Assembly (NCBI GenBank): GCA_963761305.1
Contig: CAVXGK010000002.1
Location: 1,888,001-1,952,000, forward strand
Direction of reading: 5' to 3'
DNA: 64,000 bases
Origin: an uncultured Gemmatimonadaceae bacterium
GTDB taxonomy: Bacteria; Gemmatimonadota; Gemmatimonadetes; Gemmatimonadales; Gemmatimonadaceae
Position 1 is the first letter of the stretch, and each line of letters begins with the position of its first letter. The notes below the pieces were generated by a model. The model did not search any database, was not told the DNA's origin, and saw only the letters and a program-made list of their open reading frames with translations. Shown piece after piece: positions 39,985 to 52,932 of the stretch. A program made the position numbers and the translations under genes.

Positions 39985-40056
39985 GCCCCACGATAAGGGC
40001 GGCCGCTGATTACATCAAGTGTTGAGGGAGTGGAACCCAGGTGGACCGGTGGGCCG

Positions 40057-40461
40057 TCAGTCGGCGACGACGACCGCGGTGCCCGCCGCCTTGTCGCCGA
40101 GGCGCTGGTGTTTGTCACCGAAAATGAAGATCCAGTCGATCGGGCCGAGCATCGTGAAGATGTTTCGAATGAACGAATGGCCCCAGGTGCAGGGCGCGCC
40201 GGTTTCCGCATCGATCACGCGCGTGCCGAGCCACTGCTTCGCCAAGCTCTGTCCACCGTGCAGGCCGTCACCGAATCCGAGATAGAAAAGCATCCAAACC
40301 ACGCTGGCGGTCCCCCAAACACCGCCGAGCGACGGAAGGACGCGAGCGATCGCCGGCGACACCATGAGGGGCGCCGTCGCGAAGAAGCCGTCGATCATCT
40401 GACCGAGGAAGCGCTGCCACCGGGTGGCGAGCACGAGGTGAACCTGTGAGTCGGTGCCCAT
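40057..40461 (-). CDS. RDD-family membrane protein
   Basis: RFLGQMID, GQSLAK, FIRN, QRLGDKAAGT. Confidence 0.85.
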   Translation of the reverse strand: MGTDSQVHLVLATRWQRFLGQMIDGFFATAPLMVSPAIARVLPSLGGVWGTASVVWMLFYLGFGDGLHGGQSLAKQWLGTRVIDAETGAPCTWGHSFIRNIFTMLGPIDWIFIFGDKHQRLGDKAAGTAVVVAD

Positions 40462-40583
40462 AGCCGGGAAACTGAGCGGCTGCGCGCGATCGCGCGATCC
40501 CGTGGCGGTCACGGCGCTTGACGCGCTGACGTCACATCGCCGAACTTCCGTTCACCCGCCCTTCCCCTCCGTCCGAAGGACGC

Positions 40584-43266
<2,683 letters not shown>

Positions 43267-43308
43267 GAAGGCCGTCAACGGAGCGCGCTGGACGCCGCGG
43301 CGACATTT

Positions 43309-44514
43309 TCAACTCCTGAACAATTCGCTCCGCCGCGCAGCCATCATCTCTCGGAACGGTCGGAAGAACGTGCGTAGGTCGTTCACGAGCAGCTCGGGCT
43401 CTTCGAGGGCCGCGAAATGTCCGCCGCGCGGCATCGCCGTCCACTGCTGCACGTTGAAGAATCGTTCGGCCCACTCTCGTGGCGGCGTGGAAAGGTCCTT
43501 GGGGAACAGGGCAAACGCGGCCGGCACGTCGTCCGACCCCTTCCATTCGTTCACCTTCTGCCGAATCCAGGTCATCGCCCCGGCTTGCGTAACGTCGTAG
43601 TACGGGAGAAACGACGAGTTGATCGTTCCGGTGACCCAGTACAGCATGACGTTGGCGAGCAGTTCGTCTTTGGAGAACGCGCGTTCGACGTCGCCGTCGC
43701 AATCGCTCCATCGACGGAACTTTTCAACGATCCACGCGGCGAGTCCCGCCGGTGAGTCGTTCAGCCCCAGGGCGACGACCTGCGGCTGCGTGCCTTGAAC
43801 GAACGCGTACGCTCCCGCGCGCTGCTGAAACTTGCCGATCGCGTCGAGGTAGTCTCGTTCAGTTCGACTCAATCCGCCGGGCGCGGCGAGGGCGTGAAAG
43901 AACGGAACGTCGGTGAGATGCATGCCCAGCACCGCGTCGCTGTGATCGCGAGCGAGAAACTCAGTAATCGTACTCCCCCAATCGCCGCCGTGGGCGACGT
44001 AATGATCGTATCCGAGCACGCGAGTCATCAGGTCGTGCCACAGGTCGCCGACATGGAACAACGACCCGGGTTCTCGCGGCTTGTCAGAGAACGCGTATCC
44101 CGGGAGACTGGGTGCGATGACGTCGAATGCATCCGCCGGATCACCGCCGTGGGCTCCCGGGTCCGTCAACAACGGGATGATCTTGGTGAAGCGAAGAACC
44201 GAGTCCGGAAATCCGTGAGTGAGGATGATCGGAAGCGGATCCGGTCCGTTGCCTCGCTCATGGATGAAATGAATGTTCTGACCGCCGTCGAGCTCGGCGC
44301 GGAAGTTCGCGAAGGCATTGAGCGCCCTCTCCTGCGCTCTCCAGTCGAAGGAGGTCTGCCAGTAGGATACGAGATCGCGCATGAAAGGCACGCTGAGCCC
44401 ATGATCCCAGCCCGAATCGTTGAGGTCGTCGATCCATCGCGTCGCCGACAGACGTCGTCGCAGATCGTCGAGCGTGGATTGCGGAACCTCGATCGTGAAC
44501 GCATTCGCTGACAA
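43309..44514 (-). CDS. Epoxide hydrolase (EHN + alpha/beta hydrolase)
   Basis: HGFP, GGDWG, NDSPAGLAAWIVEKF, GGHFAALE. Confidence 0.93.
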   Translation of the reverse strand: MSANAFTIEVPQSTLDDLRRRLSATRWIDDLNDSGWDHGLSVPFMRDLVSYWQTSFDWRAQERALNAFANFRAELDGGQNIHFIHERGNGPDPLPIILTHGFPDSVLRFTKIIPLLTDPGAHGGDPADAFDVIAPSLPGYAFSDKPREPGSLFHVGDLWHDLMTRVLGYDHYVAHGGDWGSTITEFLARDHSDAVLGMHLTDVPFFHALAAPGGLSRTERDYLDAIGKFQQRAGAYAFVQGTQPQVVALGLNDSPAGLAAWIVEKFRRWSDCDGDVERAFSKDELLANVMLYWVTGTINSSFLPYYDVTQAGAMTWIRQKVNEWKGSDDVPAAFALFPKDLSTPPREWAERFFNVQQWTAMPRGGHFAALEEPELLVNDLRTFFRPFREMMAARRSELFRS

Positions 44515-44678
44515 TTTCGGCCTCGGGGTGAAGGAGGCTCGCCTTGCATCGCAGAGCCTGTGCCTCGCCTCGGCAGATTGCCGTGCTCCCGCTGCCGGCC
44601 AAGATTCGGGTGCGTAGCGGGCGATCGAGAGTTGACGTACTTTCGCGCCGCCACCTTCGCTGCCCTTCCCTCTCCCAA

Positions 44679-46238
44679 ATGCGGGATCCGATCAGTCGCC
44701 GCACCTTCAATCAACTCCTTGGCGCCGCGGCCATGAGCCGGGTCCTGCCGCACGCCCAGCTCGGAGCACCGATGCCGACGCACGCTGGAACTGGCGATGC
44801 CATGTCGATGACGCCCACTCTCCATCCGAGTGCGCCGAGCGACGAGTTGTGCACCCTCACGGCGATCGAACTGGCGCAGCGCATTCGCAAGAAACAGGTC
44901 TCGGCGCGCGATGTCATGTCCGCGCACCTCGCACGCATCGAACGCGTGAATCCCAAGATCAACGCCATCGTGACGCTCGTCGCCGACCGCGCGATGGCCG
45001 ACGCGGCGAGAGCGGACGAAAAGCAGGCGCACGGCGATCCACTCGGTCCGCTGCACGGAGTTCCCGTCGCGCACAAGGATCTCGTCCCGACGGCGGGAAT
45101 TCGTACGACGTTTGGTTCACCGTTCTATAAAGACAACGTCCCCACGAAGGATGCGCTCATCGTCACGCGCATCCGCGCCGCGGGCGCGATCACGCTCGGC
45201 AAGACGAACACCCCGGAGTTCGGCGCCGGATCGAACACGTTCAATCCCGTGTTCGGCGCGACGCACAACCCGTACAACCTCGTGAAGACCGTCGGCGGCA
45301 GCAGCGGCGGCGCCGCGGCGGCGCTCACGACCGGCATGGTACCGATCGCCGACGGAAGCGACACCGGCGGCTCGCTCCGCAACCCGGCAGCATGGAACAA
45401 CGTCGTCGGCTTTCGCCCGTCGCCGGGGCGAGTGCCGCACGAGGACGGCACCTGGTCGCCGCTCTCGACGGGCGGACCGATGGCCCGCACCGTCGCCGAC
45501 GTCGCGCTCTTTCTCAGCACCATCGCCGGCGCTCACCCGAACGATCCGCTCGCGCTCGACGAGGATCCCGCGCGCTTCCGCGCGCCGCTCGGCCGGTCCT
45601 TCAAGGGCGTGCGCGTCGCGTGGTTCAAGAACCTCGGCGGACTGCCGTTCGAATCGGAGATCACGCGTGTCGTCAACGCCTGTCGCCCGACGTTCGAACA
45701 GCTCGGCTGCGTCGTCGACGAGGCGGAGCCCGACTTCGCCGGCGTCGGCGAGGCCTTTCCCGTGCTGAGACATCTCTCATACCACTCGAGCTACGCCGCG
45801 CTCGCGCGCGAGCATCCCGATCTCGTGAAGGCCACGGTGAAATGGGAGATCGCCGAAGCGGAGCGAAACACCGGCGCCGACGTTGCGCACGCATCGGCAC
45901 GACAGGCGAAGATGTATCACGACACGGCGGAGTTCTTTCAGAAATACGAGTACTTCGTGCTGCCGGTGACGCAGGTCGAGCCGTTCGACAGCTCGACCGA
46001 GTATCCGACGTCGATCGCCGGCGTCGCCATGCCGACGTACATCGACTGGATGCGTTCGTGCTGGTACGTGACGTTCATGGCCAACCCGGCGATTTCGGTG
46101 CCGGCGGGCTTCAGCGCGACCGGGCTGCCGGTCGGGCTACAGGTCGTCGGCCGCCATCGCGCCGATTGGAGCGTGTTGCAGATGGCGCACGCCTTCGAAG
46201 AGGCGGCCGGCTTTGGCAAGCGGAGGCCGGTGGTTTAG
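44679..46238 (+). CDS. Amidase-signature family enzyme, Tat signal
   Basis: SRRTF; KD, GKTNTPEFG, GGSSGG, GSDTGGSLRNPA. Confidence 0.92.
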   Translation: MRDPISRRTFNQLLGAAAMSRVLPHAQLGAPMPTHAGTGDAMSMTPTLHPSAPSDELCTLTAIELAQRIRKKQVSARDVMSAHLARIERVNPKINAIVTLVADRAMADAARADEKQAHGDPLGPLHGVPVAHKDLVPTAGIRTTFGSPFYKDNVPTKDALIVTRIRAAGAITLGKTNTPEFGAGSNTFNPVFGATHNPYNLVKTVGGSSGGAAAALTTGMVPIADGSDTGGSLRNPAAWNNVVGFRPSPGRVPHEDGTWSPLSTGGPMARTVADVALFLSTIAGAHPNDPLALDEDPARFRAPLGRSFKGVRVAWFKNLGGLPFESEITRVVNACRPTFEQLGCVVDEAEPDFAGVGEAFPVLRHLSYHSSYAALAREHPDLVKATVKWEIAEAERNTGADVAHASARQAKMYHDTAEFFQKYEYFVLPVTQVEPFDSSTEYPTSIAGVAMPTYIDWMRSCWYVTFMANPAISVPAGFSATGLPVGLQVVGRHRADWSVLQMAHAFEEAAGFGKRRPVV

Positions 46239-46243
46239 AAGTC

Positions 46244-46777
46244 TCAGACCGCCGGTGATTCCGGCGGCGGCGTCGCTCGCCGCTCGTCTTCGGCGGTCGG
46301 CCCTCGTGTGGCGCGATCGATTTGGCGGATCGCACCCATGTGGTACGCGAGGTGCGCAACAGTGCCCGCCGTCCAGCGTGTCTCCTCCTCGCTCATCTCG
46401 CGCGGAGTGCGCAGCACCTCGATCCACGCGTCGGCCTCTCGGCGCAGCGACTCGCGTAGCATCTGCCAGTCGGACTCGGTGACAGTGGGTTTCTTCCAAC
46501 TGGCCGTCCAGTCGGCGTCTTTCCAGGGCGCGACTTCACCTGCGGCCCATCGATTCAGCAGCGAGAGTCCGTACCGCACGTGATCGACGTGCGCGGCGAT
46601 CGTTCCACCGCCGGCGTTGGACGCCGATGCCTCCGCCGCCGAAAGCTTGTCGAGCGAATCGACCAGACCGACGTCGCCGCGGTTGAGGATGTACGTCCCG
46701 AATTTCGGATCCGGCGAGCCGTGCACGAGCTCGCGCATCAGGACGGATAACGTATCCGGAAGCTCGTGTGTATTCAT
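46244..46777 (-). CDS. DinB-family protein
   Basis: IAAHVDHV, HLAYHMGAIRQ. Confidence 0.8.
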   Translation of the reverse strand: MNTHELPDTLSVLMRELVHGSPDPKFGTYILNRGDVGLVDSLDKLSAAEASASNAGGGTIAAHVDHVRYGLSLLNRWAAGEVAPWKDADWTASWKKPTVTESDWQMLRESLRREADAWIEVLRTPREMSEEETRWTAGTVAHLAYHMGAIRQIDRATRGPTAEDERRATPPPESPAV

Positions 46778-46909
46778 GTTTGAACACTAATGGAGATTTG
46801 TAAAAATCGTGTCCGGTTTGCGTCGGAATTCTCGGACTCTGGAGAACCAACGCCGAGTGCGACCACGCGGCACTCGCGCGACTTCGACGTTCACCGGAGA
46901 ATACTTCAG

Positions 46910-47593
46910 ATGTCGATTCCCACCCAGCTCCGCCGTTCCGTATCGGTCGCGAATTTCGCGGCCGCGGCGGTCGCTCTTGCAATCGTCGCCCGCCCGCTCA
47001 CGCTCCAGGCACAGTATGCCACCGCCGCCGCGGCGGCGCCGAGCATTCAGCCGAACAGCCGTTGGCTCGACGGACTCAAGGCCAAGCACAAACAGTTCTT
47101 CGACAACCCGTCGCCCAACGGCGGCATCGCGCTGGTGCACGTGATGGAGTATTACGACACGTACAACAAAGCGTTTGGCGTGAAGGACGTTGAGGTCAAC
47201 GCGGTCCTCACGTTCTACGGCGGCACGACGTTCTTCGGCCTCAACGATGCCGCGTGGGCCAAGTATCAGCTCGGTGAATTCCTGCAGGAGAACGATCCCG
47301 CCACCGGCAAAGCCGCCACCAAGAATCCTTGGCGCTCGTCGCCGGTGATCCTCGGCCTGACGCTTCCGCCGGCCAGCATCGAGGCGCTCCAGAAGCGCGG
47401 CGCGACGATGATCCTTTGCAACAACGCGCTTGAGATCTTCTCGGGATTGCTCGCCACGAAGCGCGGACTCGATTCGAAGGTGGTGTACGAGGACCTCAAG
47501 GCGAACATTCTCCCCGGTGTGAGCCTCGTGCCGGGAATGGTGATCGCGGTGGAGCAAGCCCAGCGAGCGGGGCTGACGTACCATCGCCAGTAA
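46910..47593 (+). CDS. Secreted DsrE-like protein
   Basis: Signal peptide; LQKRGATMILCNNAL, LPGV.LVP.MV.A..AQ. Confidence 0.6.
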   Translation: MSIPTQLRRSVSVANFAAAAVALAIVARPLTLQAQYATAAAAAPSIQPNSRWLDGLKAKHKQFFDNPSPNGGIALVHVMEYYDTYNKAFGVKDVEVNAVLTFYGGTTFFGLNDAAWAKYQLGEFLQENDPATGKAATKNPWRSSPVILGLTLPPASIEALQKRGATMILCNNALEIFSGLLATKRGLDSKVVYEDLKANILPGVSLVPGMVIAVEQAQRAGLTYHRQ

Positions 47594-47676
47594 GCGCGGG
47601 GCCGCGCGGGTCGAGATCGCGGTCCGTTCCCGCATCTCACCCGCGCCGGCGAGGCGTCGCCGGCCCCGCGCCGCCG

Positions 47677-48189
47677 TCAGCCGTCCCTCCGTGTTATCTC
47701 CGGCCTGATCACCTGCAGCGCGAACAGGTATGCGACTCCCGCGCACACGAGGACGACGGTCACGGCCGTCGCGTACACCGCGGCCACCGTCTCCAGCTTG
47801 ATGGCCGCGCTGACCAGTAACACGACGCCGGCCAACCCCTGAATGGTCAACACGACTTTGATGAGGCGCGGAACCGACATTCCGGTGGCGGCGCGTCGCC
47901 GCGCGGGCAACGTGGCGGCGAAGATCAAAATCGGAATCGCCGAGATGGCGCTCGACACGCGCCAGACGACGCCGGCCGGCCACCCGTAGAGGGCAATGAG
48001 CGGCGGCAACAGTGAATCGACGGTGACGACAAATCCGAGCTGGATGTACGACAGCGTGAAGTAGGCGTCGTAGCTCGTCAGCTGGCTCCCCCTCGCCTGC
48101 CGCAGCCCGACGAGGAGAGCCGCGAATCCGACGAACGTGGTCGCCACCATGGCGAGCGTGGCCAGGTACGATGAGGCCTGAACGTCCAT
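47677..48189 (-). CDS. Hypothetical membrane protein
   Basis: AAGGAG RBS; about 5 hydrophobic segments; ATTFVGFAAL. Confidence 0.7.
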   Translation of the reverse strand: MDVQASSYLATLAMVATTFVGFAALLVGLRQARGSQLTSYDAYFTLSYIQLGFVVTVDSLLPPLIALYGWPAGVVWRVSSAISAIPILIFAATLPARRRAATGMSVPRLIKVVLTIQGLAGVVLLVSAAIKLETVAAVYATAVTVVLVCAGVAYLFALQVIRPEITRRDG

Positions 48190-48298
48190 GCGCGCTCCTT
48201 GCGACCGGTCGCGTCAGCCTAGCATCATGCAAATCGCGCGGCGACGCTCGAAGGCTGCGGCCGGTTGCCCGTGCGAACCCCGGTCACGAGGCAATCTC

Positions 48299-48950
48299 AT
48301 GTGCAATCAGGATCATTGGCACGAGCACGACGCGTTCGGATTCCTCGTCGATGCCCCTGAAATCCACGCGCTGATCGCCGAGGTCGAGCGGCAAGCGAAC
48401 GTCGGCGACCCGGCCGAACGAATCGAGCGGCTCAAGCCGGCCTTTGCTCGACTACTCTCCGCCGACAACTGGCTGCCGCACGAATACACACACGCCGACG
48501 CGACGAGCCGCATGGGCGACGGCATCGGCCAGTACGCGCTTTATCGCGCGGACGATGGCTCACTCTGCCTCTTCGCGCTCGTCGTTCCCCCCGGGGCGTC
48601 CACGCCCGTCCACGACCACCTCGCGTGGGGACTCGTCGGAATCTACCGCGGCGAGCAGCACGAAACGGTCTACCGGCGTCTGGACGACGGCCAAGACGAG
48701 GCGCGCGCGCGCCTCGAGATCTCGAAAGAGCAGACGCTCACACCTGGCGAGTTCTATCCGCTCATCCCGCCGGTGGACGACATCCACTATCGTGCGTACG
48801 ACGTCGGCCGGTCCGTCGATCTCGATCCACCTGCTCGCCAACGACACGGCCTGCGTGTGGCGGCACAAGTTCGATCCCGCGGCGGGAACGGTGACGCCGT
48901 TTCGGTCAGGCTATGCGAACGCGCCGTGCGAGGAGACGAGCGCCGCGTAA
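48299..48950 (+). CDS. Cysteine dioxygenase-like cupin (Gln-type thiol dioxygenase); frameshift at about 48791
   Basis: GQYALY, TPVHDHLAWG, DDIHY then VRTTS..SISIHLLANDTAC in the shifted frame. Confidence 0.82.
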
Positions 48951-49041
48951 AGATCGTCTCTCGCATCCAGCCGCTCGCTGCCGTACCTTCTCCCATCCCA
49001 CCGAGTAGCGCACCGTCCTCGACGATGAGGTCGCACTGAGC

Positions 49042-52000
49042 TTGGATCTGCGGGCCCAACTCCAAAAAACGCTCGGCGACACGTACCGCCTCGAGCGCGA
49101 ACTCGGCGGCGGCGGGATGAGCCGCGTCTTCGAAGCCGAAGAGCTGCGGCTCAAGCGGAAAGTCGCGATCAAGGTCCTCTCGCCGGAGCTGGCGCAGGGC
49201 CTCTCGCGTGAGCCGCTTCGAGCGCGAGATCCAGACCGCCGCGGCGCTCCAGCAGGCCAACATCGTCCCGGTCCTCTCGGCCGGCGATACCGACGGCCTG
49301 CCGTTCTACACGATGCCCTTCGTCGACGGCGAGTCGCTGCGCGCGCGGCTCGGCCGCGGACCGCTGAGCGCCACCGAGGTCATCGGCGTGCTGCGCGACG
49401 TGTCGCAAGGCGCTCGCGTACGCGCACCGGCAGGGCGTCGTCCATCGCGACATCAAGCCGGACAACGTGCTGCTGTCCGACGGCACCGCGGTCGTCACCG
49501 ACTTCGGCATCGCGAAGGCGATCAGCGCGGCGCGCACGTCGGCGCCCGGGGCGACGCTCACGCAGATCGGCACGTCGATCGGCACGCCGGCCTACATGGC
49601 GCCCGAGCAGGCGGCCGGCGATCCGGACATCGACCATCGCGCCGACATCTACTCGCTCGGTGCGATGGCGTACGAGCTGCTCGCGGGGCGACCCGTCTTC
49701 GCCGACCGTACCGCGCAGCGCATGCTCGCCGCGCACATGGGCGAAGCGCCGCGCCAGATCATCGAGCTTCGCCCCGACGTGCCGGCGCCGCTCGGCGAGC
49801 TGGTGATGCGGTGCTTGGAGAAGGATCCGAAGGATCGTCCGCAGAGCGCGACCGAAATCGTTCGCGTGCTCGAGCAGATCACGAGCGGCGCCGGTATGCA
49901 GGCGATGCCGCCGGTGCTGCTCGGCGGACCGGGCATGCTCCGCAAGGCGCTCGCGATCTACGCCGCCGCGTTCATCGCGGTCGCGATTCTCGCGAAAGCG
50001 GCGATCGTCGGCATCGGGCTGCCCGACTGGGTGTTCCCCGGCTCGCTCATCGTGATGGCGCTCGGCCTGCCGGTGATTCTGTGGACGGGCTACGTGCAGC
50101 GCGTCACGCGACGCGCCGTCACGGCGACGCCGACGTTCACGCCGGGCGGCACGCCGAGCGCCGTGCACGGCACGATGGCGACAATCGCGCTCAAGGCGGC
50201 GCCGCACGTCAGCTGGTATCGCGCGGCAAGAGACGGTGCGTACGCGTTCGGCGTCTTCGTATTGAGCATCGCCGCATTCATGAGCCTTCGCGCGATGGGC
50301 GTCGGTCCGTTCGGAAGCCTCGTAGCATCGGGCAAGCTCAAGTCGAAGGAGCCGCTGCTCATCACCGACTTCCACGTGACCAATGCCGACACGTCGCTCG
50401 GCCGCGTGGTGAGCGACGCGGTGCGCGCGGGACTGTCGCAGTCGTCCGTGCTTTCGCTGATGTCTACCGGGGCGATCGGGCAGGCACTTCAGCTGATGGA
50501 GAAGCCGCCGCTCTCGCGCGTGGACCTCACCCTCGCGCGCCAAGTCGCGCAGCGCGCGGGCGCGAAGGCGATCGTCGACGGCGACGTCACGGGCGTGGGT
50601 AGCGGCTACATCGTCGTGCTTCGCCTCGTGACCGCGGACTCCGGCACCGAACTATGGTCATCGCGCGAAACGGGCGACGGCCCCAAGGGACTGATCGACG
50701 CCACCGACCGATTGACCCGCGAACTGCGCGGAAAGGCCGGCGAATCGCTCAAGAGCGTGCAAGAGGCGGCGCCGTTGGCGGAGGTCACGACGACGTCGCT
50801 CGATGCGCTGCGCAAGTACAGTGAAGGCGCGCGGTACCACGACGTGCTCGCCGATTGGCCGAACGCCATAGCGAAGTTCCGCGAGGCTGTGGCGATCGAC
50901 AGCACCTTCGCCATGGCTTGGCGCAAAATGGGGATGGCTCTCGGAAACGAAGGACGTCCGGTGTCGGAAGTGAACGCCGCGCTCGAGCAGGCGCACCGGC
51001 ACCGCGACCATCTCTCGCCAGACGAGCGCGACTACGAGGAGGCGGGCTACTACATACGGGGACCTGGTGGTGATCGGGCCAAGGGCATCGCGCTCTACGA
51101 GGGACTGATGCGGCACGGCGACCCGACCGCGCCGGTGAACCTCGCCCTTACCTACCTGTCCCGTCGAAATTGGGCAGCCGCCGAATCCACATTCGCCAAA
51201 GCGAGCGGGGCAGCGCACGCGTTCGCCATGTACGAAATCTCGTGGCCGCAGATGAATCTGGGCCATTGGGCGCAAGCAGAGTCGAGCGTGACGGCGGCGG
51301 AACGCGCGTTCCCAGACAATTCGTCCCGGGCGATCGACCGCGCATACCTCCTCTATCACACCGGGGCGCTCGACTCGCTCCAACGCTACCTCGATGCTCT
51401 CCGCCGCAGCCCTCGGACCGACCTTCGCCCCGAGGCATCACTCCAGGCCGGAGACCTTGCACTGGTACAGGGGCGCCTCAAGCGAGGGCTGTCGCTGCTT
51501 ACCGAGAGCACCGCGGAGGCGACCGCTCTCGGGAACGTCTCCAATCTCGTGGCGGACACCGCCGTCGTGATTCGCATCGAGCTCGCGACGCTCGGCGAGT
51601 CGGCGCACGGTGTCGAGCGTCTCGATGCCGTGCTGGCCCGTTCGCCAATCAAGGGAATGGCGCCGGAGGACCGACCGTACTTCAGCGTCGCTCGGACGTT
51701 CGCGCGCCTCGGCCATCCGGAGCGCGCCCGTGCCGTACTCGCCGAGTACGACCGCGACGTGCGCGACACGGCGTACAGACGCGTCCACGAGCCGCAGCTT
51801 CATGGCGCACTCGGGGAGATCGCGCTCGCCGAGAACAAGCCGTCTGAGGCCGTGAGTGAATTTCGTAAGGCCGACACGCAGCCGGACGGTCCGTCCACGG
51901 CGTGTCCCGTATGTCTTCAGGCCAATCTCGCTCGGGCCTTCGACGCGGCGCACCAGTCCGACTCGGCGATCGCGAACTACGAGAGTTTCCTGTCGACGCC

Positions 52001-52253
52001 GTACTACGAGCGCCTCGATACGCCGACCTTCGATGAATTCGCCGATCAGGTGGATCCCGTGTATCTCGCGGGCGTCCGCCGGCGGCTTGGTGAGTTGTAT
52101 GAAGCGAGGGGAGATACAGCGAAGGCGGTAGCGCAGTACCGGGCGTTCGTCGAGCAGTGGAAGAATGCGGATCCTGAGCTTCAGCCGCGCGTTGCGGAAG
52201 TGCGACGGCGGTTAGAGGCGCTTACGCCTGTGGAGAAGTCGCGCCGAGACTGA
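49042..52253 (+). CDS. Hanks-type Ser/Thr kinase with TM segments and TPR region; frameshifts at about 49210 and 49407
   Basis: LGGGGMSRV, HRDIKPDN, DFGIAK, GTPAYMAPEQ; C-terminal WKNADPELQP. Confidence 0.87.
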
Positions 52254-52326
52254 AGCTGTTGCTCACGGCCAAGCTCGCGCGACCATCCAAGAGGCCGACT
52301 CGGCACAATCAACCGCGAACGACTCC

Positions 52327-52866
52327 TTACTTCGGCGGCGGCGCGTACCCCTGGGTCGACAATCGAACGCCCGACGCCTCGTAGCCCTCCGGCGACAAGG
52401 GCTCGACTCCGTTCATGTCGACGAACGCATTGTAGAACTGGAAGAGCGCGATGACCATCGTTGCGAGGTAGACTTCGTCGGGGCTGAGCACCGTCGTCGC
52501 CGCCAATGCGATTTCGTGCCGACGGGCGACATCGTTGTGGCCCGACGATCGCACCAGGCTCCAGAACGCTTCCTCACGGCGCGAGAGCTCCCGCTCCTCG
52601 AGCACGCGGTCGACGGTCTCGCGTCCCAGATACTCCGCGGCGACCGCCGCGTGCGAGCCGATTCAGAAGAGGCAGTGGTTCTCGGTGGACGTCATCGCCG
52701 CCAACAACTCGCGTTCGCCGGGTGACAACGGTCCTGGACCGCGCATCACTTCCTGCGTGAACCGAAGCAGGTGCTCCGACCGCGCAGGGTCGTAGGCGAA
52801 CAACCGGCGCAGATCCGATTGGCCGCTGGCCTGCGGGGTCGTGTCTGTGAAGTGGCGAATGAACAT
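52327..52866 (-). CDS. AhpD/carboxymuconolactone decarboxylase-like selenoprotein (in-frame UGA = Sec, CxxU)
   Basis: Two track ORFs join in frame through TGA 52663-52665: LSPGERELLA...NHCLF-U-IGSHAAVA...FYNAFVD; SECIS-like hairpin downstream. Confidence 0.8.
52636..52651 (-). other. Bacterial SECIS element
   Basis: CGCGGC-GGUC-GCCGCG stem starts 11 nt after the UGA. Confidence 0.7.
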
Positions 52867-52932
52867 GCGGCGCGTGGGAAGACGGGCTCGGCTCGCACCA
52901 ACCTACGCCGCGCGCAGGCGGCGTCCAGCCGG

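Noticed and set aside
52663..52866. Stand-alone 67-aa protein or nonsense pseudogene
   Set aside because: In-frame continuation, CxxU context and SECIS favour selenocysteine readthrough
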